DNA of 64,000 bases from Candidatus Aenigmatarchaeota archaeon. Lineage in GTDB: Archaea; Aenigmatarchaeota; Aenigmatarchaeia; GW2011-AR5. Positions 17,751 through 26,971 of the stretch are shown piece by piece. Location: positions 171,632 to 235,631 of the forward strand of contig JACPDL010000003.1 in assembly GCA_016184005.1 (NCBI GenBank). The letters are read 5' to 3'. Under the pieces are notes generated by a model. That model did no database searches. It saw nothing but the letters and a program-made list of their open reading frames with translations, and was not told where the DNA came from. Position numbers and translations under genes: made by a program. Each line of letters begins with the position of its first letter. Positions within the stretch are counted from its first letter, which is position 1.

Positions 17751-18719
17751 TTATTTCCCCTGCTTGCTTTCAACAGAAACATAACGTATGTCAGCAGGCA
17801 CAACCTTCTGCGTGCGCACTGATTTCCTGATTCTTACAAGCCTTTTCCTCGGCCCGGGAACGCTGCCTTCAATGAGCAGGAAAGTCTTCAGGTCCCCGTA
17901 GCCGACGAAACCGCCTGCAGGAGTCACTTTCTTGCTGTCATCGCCGATCATCAGGACCCTCTTGCTGAATTCGGTGCGCGTGAAGAATCCGTATTGCCCT
18001 GCGGCCGGCACGCGCCAGTCGACTTTCCTCGGGACAGTAGAGCCTATGCTGCCGACGTGGCGGTGCATCTGCTTGTCTTTCCTGAACTGTATCCTTATTC
18101 CGAAACGCTTTACAGGACCGGTGAAACCGCTGCCCTTTGTCACAGCACTTGCATCAATATACTCGCCAATTCTGAAGACATCAACGGCCTTGATCTCCTT
18201 CCCAAGCACGCTGCTGGCATATTCGAGCTTCTTGTTCAAGTCGCCGCCAACGGCAATCTCGAAGATTTCCGGCTTGAACTTCCTCATCCCGCTCTTCAAA
18301 GGCTGCGTGCAGACAACCAGCCGCACATCATCCACGCCGCTTGTATCGCAGTCCTTGCTGCCCGGATTCGCGGCTCCAGTCTTGCGCTTGATGTCTATCT
18401 CCTTCGGGACCTTTGCCCATTTTTCACCGGCTGTTGAAAGGCCTGAAGGCGTCTTTTTGTAGTAGCGCACAGCCGCAACAAAAAGCGCGGGCGCGTCAAG
18501 TATTGTCACGGGAGAAAATATTATTTTGCCGTATGCAGGGGATTTAGGATTGTTGTCTATGTGCTGCACGTGCGTCATCCCTGCCTTCCAGCCTGCAAAA
18601 CCAAGCGGCTTTGCGTCATTTGATGGCTGCCAATGGGATACCCTTGGGTAAATACGCTTTGCCCTTTTTCTGGGCCAGAACTGTAGCGATCCGTGTCTTG
18701 GTCTTGTTCTCTTCGGCAT
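17751..18719 (-). CDS. rpl3: 50S ribosomal protein L3 (uL3)
   Basis: PRHGSLQFWPRKRA, GWKAGMTH, GSVPGPRKR. Confidence 0.97.
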   Translation of the reverse strand: MPKRTRPRHGSLQFWPRKRAKRIYPRVSHWQPSNDAKPLGFAGWKAGMTHVQHIDNNPKSPAYGKIIFSPVTILDAPALFVAAVRYYKKTPSGLSTAGEKWAKVPKEIDIKRKTGAANPGSKDCDTSGVDDVRLVVCTQPLKSGMRKFKPEIFEIAVGGDLNKKLEYASSVLGKEIKAVDVFRIGEYIDASAVTKGSGFTGPVKRFGIRIQFRKDKQMHRHVGSIGSTVPRKVDWRVPAAGQYGFFTRTEFSKRVLMIGDDSKKVTPAGGFVGYGDLKTFLLIEGSVPGPRKRLVRIRKSVRTQKVVPADIRYVSVESKQGK

Positions 18720-18864
18720 TCATACCACTTATCCAATTCTTAGTCTAAGCACTAGAGCCTATCCACACGTAGAAAACGTCAACCAGACTGCCTGGTCATG
18801 AGAGCAATAGATAAAATGACGAAATAAGTATTTAAGCGTTGATTTAAACCCAGTAGTTCCGAGA

Positions 18865-19347
18865 TTATCTGTGATCATCAAGACTTTTCATTAAATCTCT
18901 TACATCGGGAGGGTTTTGCATGTATGATTTTAAGTCCGGCGCTTTTCTTCTCGCTTCCTCTTCCCTGCCAAGAACTATCAGCGTATCCGCGCAGCATATT
19001 TGCCTTTGTTCTCTTTGGTAAATGCCGTCGCTAAACACCCAGGAATTGACTTCAGGGTTCCCCGGCCACGGGTTGGTTCCAAAATAACCAAAGACTTCAG
19101 CTATCTGTTTCCCATCGTTGCCCCACAAAGCCATTATCAAGAAATCATCCGGTTCAAATAACTCGGTGTATTGTTCAAAAATCTTTCCAATAAAATCAGG
19201 CTTATTTAGGTCTATATAAGTCTGTGGAAGGTTGACGGAGCTGTCGTAGGCGTCTGTGAAAAGAGTTTCATGGACATAAACCCTTGTTGGCTTCACTGCA
19301 TGCTGCATCGAAAATCTTCTTGAGAAAGGCATAGTAGTCACATTCAA
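18865..19347 (-). CDS. Hypothetical protein, paralog of 19611..20081
   Basis: Shared WPGNPEV.SWVF.DGIYQR and TLIVLGREEEAR. Confidence 0.7.
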   Translation of the reverse strand: MNVTTMPFSRRFSMQHAVKPTRVYVHETLFTDAYDSSVNLPQTYIDLNKPDFIGKIFEQYTELFEPDDFLIMALWGNDGKQIAEVFGYFGTNPWPGNPEVNSWVFSDGIYQREQRQICCADTLIVLGREEEARRKAPDLKSYMQNPPDVRDLMKSLDDHR

Positions 19348-19363
19348 AATTTTTCGGCCATGA

Positions 19364-19597
19364 TTAATCTATGTATGGAAATCTTCTCGGTTTTTGAAAA
19401 GAATCAAAATCTTGCCTGACTCTTTCTACCGCTAAGTAGATTGGTGTATTTGTTTTATAATCAACACCAATTGGGTAGCCTATTCTTCTTTGAAGTTTTT
19501 CTGCACCATCTCTTAGAGACATAACTAATAGTTCTGACTCATACTCTGAAGTTGGTGGTCCTGACAAAGGCGGCGCGCAAAATACTCTGGATGTCAT
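19364..19597 (-). CDS. Hypothetical protein
   Basis: 77 aa ORF with upstream GGTGA. Confidence 0.55.
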   Translation of the reverse strand: MTSRVFCAPPLSGPPTSEYESELLVMSLRDGAEKLQRRIGYPIGVDYKTNTPIYLAVERVRQDFDSFQKPRRFPYID

Positions 19598-19610
19598 ACA
19601 TTATTCACCA

Positions 19611-20081
19611 TTAACTTCTCATTAAATCTCTTACATCTGGAGGATTATCCATGTAGTGTTGTAAATTTGGTGATTTTATTCTTGCTTCTTCTTCTCGCCC
19701 AAGGACAATCAATGTTTCTCCGCAAGCTATAGGTCTTTGTCTTCTTTGATAAATTCCGTCCCTAAAGACCCAAGAACGCACTTCAGGATTTCCAGGCCAT
19801 GGATCAGTTCCAGAATAACCAAAAACTTCAGTAATTATATCTCCATCGTCACCCCACAAAGCAGCGATCAAAAAATCTGTAAGTTTGAAGATTTTTCTAT
19901 CCGTTGCAAAAATGTCCAAAACGTGACTTAAGCCACTATCACTATGATAGTGAATTAGAGTCTCCTTTTTCGGTAGGCGACCGAAGGCGTCAACATAGCC
20001 AGCTTCATGAAAATAAACCCTTAACGGTTGTCTCACATGCGTTGAAACCCTGTCTAGGAACGGCATAGTATTCAAACTCAC
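19611..20081 (-). CDS. Hypothetical protein, paralog of 18865..19347
   Basis: Extensive visible identity with the downstream copy. Confidence 0.7.
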   Translation of the reverse strand: MSLNTMPFLDRVSTHVRQPLRVYFHEAGYVDAFGRLPKKETLIHYHSDSGLSHVLDIFATDRKIFKLTDFLIAALWGDDGDIITEVFGYSGTDPWPGNPEVRSWVFRDGIYQRRQRPIACGETLIVLGREEEARIKSPNLQHYMDNPPDVRDLMRS

Positions 20082-22141
20082 TAAACATCTTCGTAAACAA
20101 TCTCGATGCCGACCTTGCCGGAGACTGTCGTGTCAGAAGCTGCCGAGAATTCTATCGTGTTCAGCTGCCTGAAGTATTCCTTTGGTATGGCTTCGCCTAT
20201 GATCTTGTTGTCGTTCAATATTACAGCAGCGCCGCGGGGCAGCACAGTGATCCTCGCGGACTTGAAGCCCTGCAGCTCGTTGTCCAGCGTGAAATCAAAC
20301 CTGTCCTGCGTGGCTTTCTCCACGTCAGCGATAACAGAAGCCCTGATCTCGTAAACAGCCGGCGTCCAGAATATGAATCCAGACGATGTGGCCCTGATCT
20401 TGAGCAGGCCCTCCGCATCTGCATTAACCGGTATTATTAATCTGCCTTTTTCATACCTGGCGGCAAAATTCTCAAAAAGCGCAGCTTTTTGGAATTCTCG
20501 AAATCCAAAGGATTTCGGAATCTCGGAGAGACGGAGTTTCTCCGAAGATCTCGGAGAAGCTTCGCTTCTCCCAAGATTAGCAGTCTTCAATGCTGCATTG
20601 TCAGGCACAGGCTCAGGTTTTCCCCTGAATAATTCCTCATCATCAAGCGTAACGACAAGCTCCCCGAGCCTGTTTGTTTCCTTGACTTCTATAACAACCT
20701 CCTTGACAAAGGATTTCGGCACGTCAAGCCTTATCTCATTGCTGCCGAACAAGAGGCCGTTGAACAGCCTTTTAGCCGACACGAATGAATCCTCTTCCTT
20801 GAAATTGGCGATGTCTATGCCGAACTCCAGAAGCCTTTTCTTCTCGCCCGGTGTCTTTCCGTCTTCATCAACAATCCCAAGGGCACCAACCGTTATTGTG
20901 ACACTGGAAGGCGCCAGATCAATCAGCCCTTCAGCATCACGCGCATTGAGGGTGGCTATGTATCTGCCATCCCTCTGGTAAATATGGGTAAGTGTCTGTA
21001 TTGATTCTACTGTCGGCAGGGATTGTGCCTGGCCGTCACCAAAATCCAATACGCACGAGACAAGCCGCCTCTGCAGGTCCCTGCAGCGTGCGGCAAATGT
21101 TACCTGCAGCGGAGCAGGGCCGCTTGTCGGCGTTGCCTGCAAGTCCGTAGTAGGCGCATTGCCTATATCCGATTCAACCACGATTGTGACTTCAGCAGGC
21201 GTAGCGTCTATTCTGCCCCTCTCATCAGAGGCCCGGACCTTTGCTATCCTTCGCAGGTCGCTAACCTCCGGGTTGACGTAAACATGGCTGATCTGCTGCG
21301 GCGTTTCTATATTGAGCAGGTTTTGCTGCTCCCCGTCGCCGAATTCTATGACGCATGAGCTGATATCGAAGTTAGCAGAAAAACACAGGACATCAAAGTT
21401 TACCAGTAAAGGCGATTTTCCTCTCACCGGGAAGGCGCTGATGAAAGTCTCAGGCTTGTCGCTAAAGCCGGGCAATACCTGTATCATGATTCCGGCGGGC
21501 GTCTGGTCCCCTGCGCCGGAGTCGTCTCTCGCGCTAAGTATAGCCGGGCGGAAAATGATTCTTTCCCTTTCGTTCTCGTAAGTATGAAGAACAGTCTGCG
21601 GCGTTTCAGCGTTTGTAAGCGCCTGCTTAGCCCCGTCGCCGAAATCCAGTTCGCATGAAGAAATCAACCCATCGTCGTCCTTGCATGTCGCTATGAATGT
21701 GACTTCCAATGGCGATTCGCCTGTCGTCGGAAATGCCTGCAAAAATGTCTGGGGCTCAATGTTTGGCCTCACAACGCTGATTGTTATCAAAGAGGGCGTC
21801 TGGTCGCTGTTGCCGAAGCTGTCTGTTGCTGTAAGCGTGACAACAAAGTTGCCTGTCGTGGAATAGGTGTGGGTTATTGTCTGAGGCAGCTGTATCCTCT
21901 GGAGAATCTGGTTCGTGCCGTCGCCGAAGCTGATTATGCACGAAGCGATCTCAATGTCGTCCTTGCACAATGCCGTAAATATGACTGTCATCGGCGCGTT
22001 GCCAGAAATCTGCGATGCCGTCAATGTAGTTTCAGGAGACGTCGCATCCTGTATTGAAATAAGAACAATCTGGGCGCTAACAGTGCTGACTAGAATCATG
22101 AGCGCCATCAACGCCGATAAAAGTCCTGTTACTCTTGCCAA
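20081..22141 (-). CDS. Secreted/surface protein with four PKD domains and an in-frame palindromic insertion
   Basis: Signal peptide; four repeats of G.(A/S)P(L/M).V.F...C.....SC...FGDG...H.Y. Confidence 0.85.
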   Translation of the reverse strand: MARVTGLLSALMALMILVSTVSAQIVLISIQDATSPETTLTASQISGNAPMTVIFTALCKDDIEIASCIISFGDGTNQILQRIQLPQTITHTYSTTGNFVVTLTATDSFGNSDQTPSLITISVVRPNIEPQTFLQAFPTTGESPLEVTFIATCKDDDGLISSCELDFGDGAKQALTNAETPQTVLHTYENERERIIFRPAILSARDDSGAGDQTPAGIMIQVLPGFSDKPETFISAFPVRGKSPLLVNFDVLCFSANFDISSCVIEFGDGEQQNLLNIETPQQISHVYVNPEVSDLRRIAKVRASDERGRIDATPAEVTIVVESDIGNAPTTDLQATPTSGPAPLQVTFAARCRDLQRRLVSCVLDFGDGQAQSLPTVESIQTLTHIYQRDGRYIATLNARDAEGLIDLAPSSVTITVGALGIVDEDGKTPGEKKRLLEFGIDIANFKEEDSFVSAKRLFNGLLFGSNEIRLDVPKSFVKEVVIEVKETNRLGELVVTLDDEELFRGKPEPVPDNAALKTANLGRSEASPRSSEKLRLSEIPKSFGFREFQKAALFENFAARYEKGRLIIPVNADAEGLLKIRATSSGFIFWTPAVYEIRASVIADVEKATQDRFDFTLDNELQGFKSARITVLPRGAAVILNDNKIIGEAIPKEYFRQLNTIEFSAASDTTVSGKVGIEIVYEDV
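20469..20577 (-). repeat. Family C element, four-module form, in frame within the PKD gene
   Basis: Near identical to 36969-37076; encodes LGRSEASPRSSEKLRLSEIPKSFGFREFQKAALFE. Confidence 0.92.
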
Positions 22142-22223
22142 GTAAATACACCTTTATCATCTTACAGGGAAAAAGAATTAAAAGCTGAACCAGTAATGCC
22201 CCTGTAATTCAAATGTAATGATA

Positions 22224-23855
22224 CTACTTCACTTCTATTCCAAAGTCACGAAGCATTCTATCATGTAGCGGGAGAAGTTTTCCGTCGCCATGTAAACCCA
22301 TACATAATAGTAATCCCACTTCCTCAGGATCGTCAGTAGCCGGTTGAAATTCCCAGCCATGTTTCGTTGATAGCCGAGCCAAGTCAGATGAACTCTCTCT
22401 TTCTATTTCTACAAGGCCGAGCTTTGCATTTTTAGGCAGCGCAAGGTTTCTTGATTTAGTCTTTTCTCTTCTCCCCGTTATGATGATCTCTGGTTTCTCC
22501 GGTGGCTTGTATAAACTTGCATATTCTTTCAAAGTACGAGAAGGATCAGCTGCAAAACGTTCTTTAAAGAAATCAAACATGTAGAAAGTAATATGTTCCC
22601 ATAGATAAGGTAAATCTTCCTTATATTTCCTCTTTGGCGAAAATCCATGCGATTTAAGGAATTTCAAGCCTCTTAAATGTAAGCTTGCGATATCGAGATC
22701 CTTCATAAACTGTTCGCCAAATTGCATTTCCATTAATGAATAAAGTATTGAAAGCCTTGTATCATGACCAAAACTTTCCATTTTTTGATCGGCTGATCCT
22801 GGCACGGCCTTATATGCAGCTTCAAGAAATTTTATTTCCTCTTCAACTAGAAGCCTTGCCTGTTGTTCATTTACAGGCGAATGTCCATAAGTTAAAGGCG
22901 GTTTAAGATCTTCTAGAAGCTGAACCGCTAATTTCACGTCAGCCAAACGTTTAGCCGTATTAAACATGTCGTATAAACCGTACATTCCTGAAAGTTCTGT
23001 GACTCTTGTCCAGGCATTTACATCTGTTAATGATTTACCCAGTACGTTTTCATATACTTCTACGCTAGTGTATGGTATTATATAGGAAATTTCAGGTTCA
23101 TTTCCAAATGATTTTGCGACAACAGAATCTATTATCCCATCCAACCCGCCTTTAGGTTGAAGCAATTTTTTGAAACTCCAAGCTAGAAGTCTGTGACCAG
23201 TTCTTTGGTAGTGTTCTACAAATCTTTCTGCATCTGCTTTACTAAGCCTAACTCTAGCATGAGTTGGTTTCAAAGCTTCTGAGATTGTCCTGTATCTTTC
23301 AAAATAGTAACCAGCGAGAGAAAGACTCCAACCGCTTCTTTGGAACTTTGCATCTGCATGATGTTCCTGTCCATCTATTTCTCTTCCCGCCTCAGTTCCT
23401 TTTCTATATTTTTTTGACTCAGTTCTTGGTTTTATTTCTGGATTGAAAGTATTGGCTCTTATCCTTACAACACCAGATCCCAATCCGTTAAGACTTCTCT
23501 CGCCTTTTATACCATCCGTATCCCAATAAACCTGAAAAGTCACTTGTCCGGGAGGTTTAGTTTGATTTAGATAATCAAATGTTCCTTTTAGAAGGGCATG
23601 AGGATCCTCTACTTTTCTGACTGCTTCGACTGTCATATTGTAGGCTGCAATATCTCTTTCATGATCAGATCTTCGAGTATCATATGTAATATCCAATTCT
23701 CTCAAATAAATGTCGCTTGCAGGATGCAGTCTAGTTGAAAATTCTTTTTCCATTTCCCTAATAGTGTTCCAACGATCGCCGTTACTATGTCTAAGCAACA
23801 CCGGATCAGAATCTATTCTAGCCATAATTTCTTGTCGAAGATGCGAAATTCCCAT
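22224..23855 (-). CDS. Hypothetical protein (543 aa)
   Basis: Long ORF, no motif recognised. Confidence 0.7.
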   Translation of the reverse strand: MGISHLRQEIMARIDSDPVLLRHSNGDRWNTIREMEKEFSTRLHPASDIYLRELDITYDTRRSDHERDIAAYNMTVEAVRKVEDPHALLKGTFDYLNQTKPPGQVTFQVYWDTDGIKGERSLNGLGSGVVRIRANTFNPEIKPRTESKKYRKGTEAGREIDGQEHHADAKFQRSGWSLSLAGYYFERYRTISEALKPTHARVRLSKADAERFVEHYQRTGHRLLAWSFKKLLQPKGGLDGIIDSVVAKSFGNEPEISYIIPYTSVEVYENVLGKSLTDVNAWTRVTELSGMYGLYDMFNTAKRLADVKLAVQLLEDLKPPLTYGHSPVNEQQARLLVEEEIKFLEAAYKAVPGSADQKMESFGHDTRLSILYSLMEMQFGEQFMKDLDIASLHLRGLKFLKSHGFSPKRKYKEDLPYLWEHITFYMFDFFKERFAADPSRTLKEYASLYKPPEKPEIIITGRREKTKSRNLALPKNAKLGLVEIERESSSDLARLSTKHGWEFQPATDDPEEVGLLLCMGLHGDGKLLPLHDRMLRDFGIEVK

Positions 23856-23906
23856 ATACAGCCTAATGAGTAAAGACTTAAAAAGCTGTCATGAAAATGA
23901 TGTTTC

Positions 23907-24098
23907 ATGGAATGCCCTGTTTGCGAATCGCGTTTGAAGCACGAGAAGATAGAGGAAGTCTGGGTTGACATATGCCAAGAACACGGCGTGTGGCTTGACA
24001 AAGGCGAGCTTGACAGGATAATGGAATCATCCAAATACAGGGGCCAATCAGAGGGCCTTGTGCGCGGCTTGTGGTCCCACACCCACTCGCAGTTCTGA
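23907..24098 (+). CDS. zf-TFIIB-like zinc-ribbon protein
   Basis: MECPVC...VDICQEHGVWLDKGEL. Confidence 0.8.
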   Translation: MECPVCESRLKHEKIEEVWVDICQEHGVWLDKGELDRIMESSKYRGQSEGLVRGLWSHTHSQF

Positions 24099-24144
24099 GT
24101 CAGGCGCTGGATTTTTTTATTAATTAGACTTAACACAATAGTGT

Positions 24145-25848
24145 ATGGCTAAATGGCTGAATAGAAAACTACTATTTGCCCTAACTATTGTTGTTTTGCT
24201 TATTTCTGTAGTTCTTGTTATTTCTTCGCAAAATGAAACAGAACTTCCTGCAGAAAAAGCTTATGTGACCGTCAAAGCGGACAAAACAGTAAAGTCACTG
24301 AATAAACAAATTTTCGGAACTGCGATGCCTGGTGAAGGAAGAGGAAATCGCAGCGCATTCACGGACGCACCACTCAAAGAATACATGAATGAATTGCAGA
24401 ACGGGTTCATGACATTACAAGGCACATCAGCAGGCTTTCCTTTCTACCCGGAAATGACAGGTGAACATTCCAAACGCATGACAATAGCGCAGATACTTGA
24501 CAGAATGAAATTCAGGGATGATCCTGACGGGGCTGTGATTTATGAAACAGTCAAAGATGAACCGGCACTGAACAAACCAATGGACCATAACTATGATGAT
24601 ATTCTTCAGTATCTAGAGTCACTCAAAGCCAAACCAAAAATTGCTATCCGAGTTCCTACATACTTCACCGGCCTTGGAGATTCTATTGTAGCGAAGATGA
24701 AGCTCAAATTAGATCCCAAAACTGGCTCGGATCTTGTTCACTATCTCAACGATCCGCCTGTCACTGAGCTGGGAAGACTGCGAGCGCGAAATGGCCACCC
24801 AGAGCCTTACAACGTAAAGTATTTTGTGCTCGGCAACGAGATGTGGAACAACTATGTAATTTATGGCCTAAGTTTAGAAGACATGGCTGCACAACATATC
24901 GCTTTCGCAACCGCCATGAAAGCTGCAGACCCTACGGTTAAGATTGGATTCAGCTTTGCAGATGATGGATATCCCCATGAATTCTTCAAGCCTGAATTCC
25001 TGCAAAGGGTTGAAAAACAGCTTGATTTCAACGATCGCATGCTCTCACTGATAAACGGATATTTCGATTTCGGGACATATCATGTATATTCTGACGGCTG
25101 GATTGCTACAGAAGGTAAAGAAGTATTAGATTTGGGTCCTCAGGATTGGAAGTTCTTGATGGGCCAGGCATATATGAAGGAGAAATACGGGAGCTATCAA
25201 AGGCACAGAGAAATAGTTCAAAGGTATAATCCGAGTGCTGAGGTAATAAACGACGAATACAGCGGCCCGCTTGCCGATCTTGGTGGGGCATTATTTGCAG
25301 CTGATCATGTAATGTATCTGATCAGAACAAACTATGACAGCTATGCAGGCTATTGGGACAGCGGATTATTCGAGCCACTCTCATTTTTTGGCATGATCCA
25401 TATTCCGGACGAGAAGTCGCCTGATTACTTTAAGCGGCCTGCTTTTTACGCGCTTAAAATGTTCAATTATTATACTGGAGATTTTATAGTTGAATCTATT
25501 GTAAAATCTCCAACATACCATATTGATCAATTTGCATCCCAAAATCTTATTTGGCCTGCAGAAGATGTGCCAAGCGTTGCTGTAATGGCAACAAAGAAAG
25601 ACAACAAGCTTTACATAATGCTGCTCAACAGGGAGACGAATCGCGACATGGAAGTAGAAATCACGCTGGAAAGCTTTGTTCCTAAAGGAAGTGCAAAAAT
25701 CTATACACTAACTGGACAAAATATGAACTCAAACAATGAAAATAATCATAACAATGTTGTAATTCAAGAATCCTCAATTCAAACTTCCACTCTAGTCAAA
25801 ATACTCCTGAAAAAGCATTCGCTTGTCGCTATAGTGCTAGAGCAGTAA
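24145..25848 (+). CDS. Membrane-anchored glycoside hydrolase, GH51 alpha-L-arabinofuranosidase-like
   Basis: RARNGHPEPYNVKYFVLGNE acid/base motif, AMKAADP, NDEY; N-terminal TM helix. Confidence 0.8.
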   Translation: MAKWLNRKLLFALTIVVLLISVVLVISSQNETELPAEKAYVTVKADKTVKSLNKQIFGTAMPGEGRGNRSAFTDAPLKEYMNELQNGFMTLQGTSAGFPFYPEMTGEHSKRMTIAQILDRMKFRDDPDGAVIYETVKDEPALNKPMDHNYDDILQYLESLKAKPKIAIRVPTYFTGLGDSIVAKMKLKLDPKTGSDLVHYLNDPPVTELGRLRARNGHPEPYNVKYFVLGNEMWNNYVIYGLSLEDMAAQHIAFATAMKAADPTVKIGFSFADDGYPHEFFKPEFLQRVEKQLDFNDRMLSLINGYFDFGTYHVYSDGWIATEGKEVLDLGPQDWKFLMGQAYMKEKYGSYQRHREIVQRYNPSAEVINDEYSGPLADLGGALFAADHVMYLIRTNYDSYAGYWDSGLFEPLSFFGMIHIPDEKSPDYFKRPAFYALKMFNYYTGDFIVESIVKSPTYHIDQFASQNLIWPAEDVPSVAVMATKKDNKLYIMLLNRETNRDMEVEITLESFVPKGSAKIYTLTGQNMNSNNENNHNNVVIQESSIQTSTLVKILLKKHSLVAIVLEQ

Positions 25849-25887
25849 TCATGGGCTGATCAGATTTGGACTTAATGCTTGCTCATT

Positions 25888-25999
25888 CGGGTGCTCCAAC
25901 CAGGCTAAGCTACCAGCCCGGGCAGACCGAAGTTTCGAAGAAACTTCAATCTCCTATGGGCTGGATCAGATTTGAACTGATGGCCTCCCGATTATCAGT
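25888..25999 (-). tRNA. Circularly permuted tRNA-Ile(GAT): 3' half 25999-25957 precedes 5' half 25919-25888
   Basis: Halves join into a complete cloverleaf (GGGCTGG/CCAGCCC-A; CCCGA-CT GAT AA-TCGGG); leader and trailer form a BHB-like motif at 30/31. Confidence 0.85.
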
Positions 26000-26042
26000 T
26001 TCACCAACAAGCAAGTATTTCTAATAATCATATGCGCAGAGC

Positions 26043-26050
26043 ATTTATAG
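26043..26050 (-). promoter_or_regulatory. Putative TATA box for the permuted tRNA-Ile precursor
   Basis: CTATAAAT about 25 nt upstream of the complementary leader (about 26020). Confidence 0.5.
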
Positions 26051-26061
26051 GCTAAATATCT

Positions 26062-26922
26062 TTATCGCAAGAATTCGTTCCTGTATTTTTCGTAAAAGTT
26101 CTTATGAACGAGATGCACGACCTTGAGCGGCGGGCCTTTCTCTATAATGAATTTTGTGTTCTCCCTGACATAATCGCCCCCGTGGCCGTCTATTATGAGG
26201 GCGCACTCGCCTTCACGAACAAGCACTTCTATCTTCTTGCTTGAAGGCACAACCTTCGGCTTGATTCTCGAGAAGAAAGGGTTCAGGGCCACTATGCTCA
26301 TGGCATCTATATCGGGATCAATTACAGGACCGCCTACCGACGCATTGTAAGCTGTGGAGCCTGTAGGCGTGGAAACCAGCAACCCGTCGCCTGAAAAGTC
26401 CATTATTGTGCCGTCTATATTAAATTCCATTTTCAGTATTTTTGACGGCCTCTTCCTCCCGAAAACTATCTCGTTAAAAGCAGGGGGATAAGGCTTGTGC
26501 AGTATTTTGTGGAAGATGCTTCTGGTTTCTTTGTAGCACTGCAGCCGCATCTTCTCGACTATCTGATAATCTCCCCTGAGCAGGCGCTGCAGGTTTTCTG
26601 TCAGTTCTTTGAAAGTGCAGGTGCAGAGGAACCCATGGCCTTCTATCTTGACCGGCAGAATAGGCAGGTGTGTCTGGTGCGCTGTCCAGAGCAATGTGCC
26701 GTCCCCGCCAACAGTTATTACAAGGTCACCGTCAAATCTTCTTACGGACAAGCCGCGCTGCCTCAAGCGAAGAGCAGTTGACCTGTCAAAATGTATTGAC
26801 TGCACGTGCGGCTTCAGCATTCTTTCCAGCTTTCTGGCCATGCGTATGCCGGCCTTGTTCTGCTTCGCAATTATCAGCACGTCATTCAATGCCGGCTTTG
26901 CCTTCCTCTTTTTTTTAGCCAT
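26062..26922 (-). CDS. nadK: NAD(+) kinase
   Basis: VGGDGT, NE, GDGLLVSTPTGSTAYNASVGGP, DG. Confidence 0.93.
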   Translation of the reverse strand: MAKKKRKAKPALNDVLIIAKQNKAGIRMARKLERMLKPHVQSIHFDRSTALRLRQRGLSVRRFDGDLVITVGGDGTLLWTAHQTHLPILPVKIEGHGFLCTCTFKELTENLQRLLRGDYQIVEKMRLQCYKETRSIFHKILHKPYPPAFNEIVFGRKRPSKILKMEFNIDGTIMDFSGDGLLVSTPTGSTAYNASVGGPVIDPDIDAMSIVALNPFFSRIKPKVVPSSKKIEVLVREGECALIIDGHGGDYVRENTKFIIEKGPPLKVVHLVHKNFYEKYRNEFLR

Positions 26923-26971
26923 GTAAGGGCTAATGTCTGCTGGAAGCTTTTAATAGAAATTTGCAAACAAA

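Noticed and set aside
20450..20612. PKD-gene insertion as a BHB-type mRNA intron
   Set aside because: Flanks pair but do not give a 3-4-3 bulge-helix-bulge, and the frame stays open without splicing
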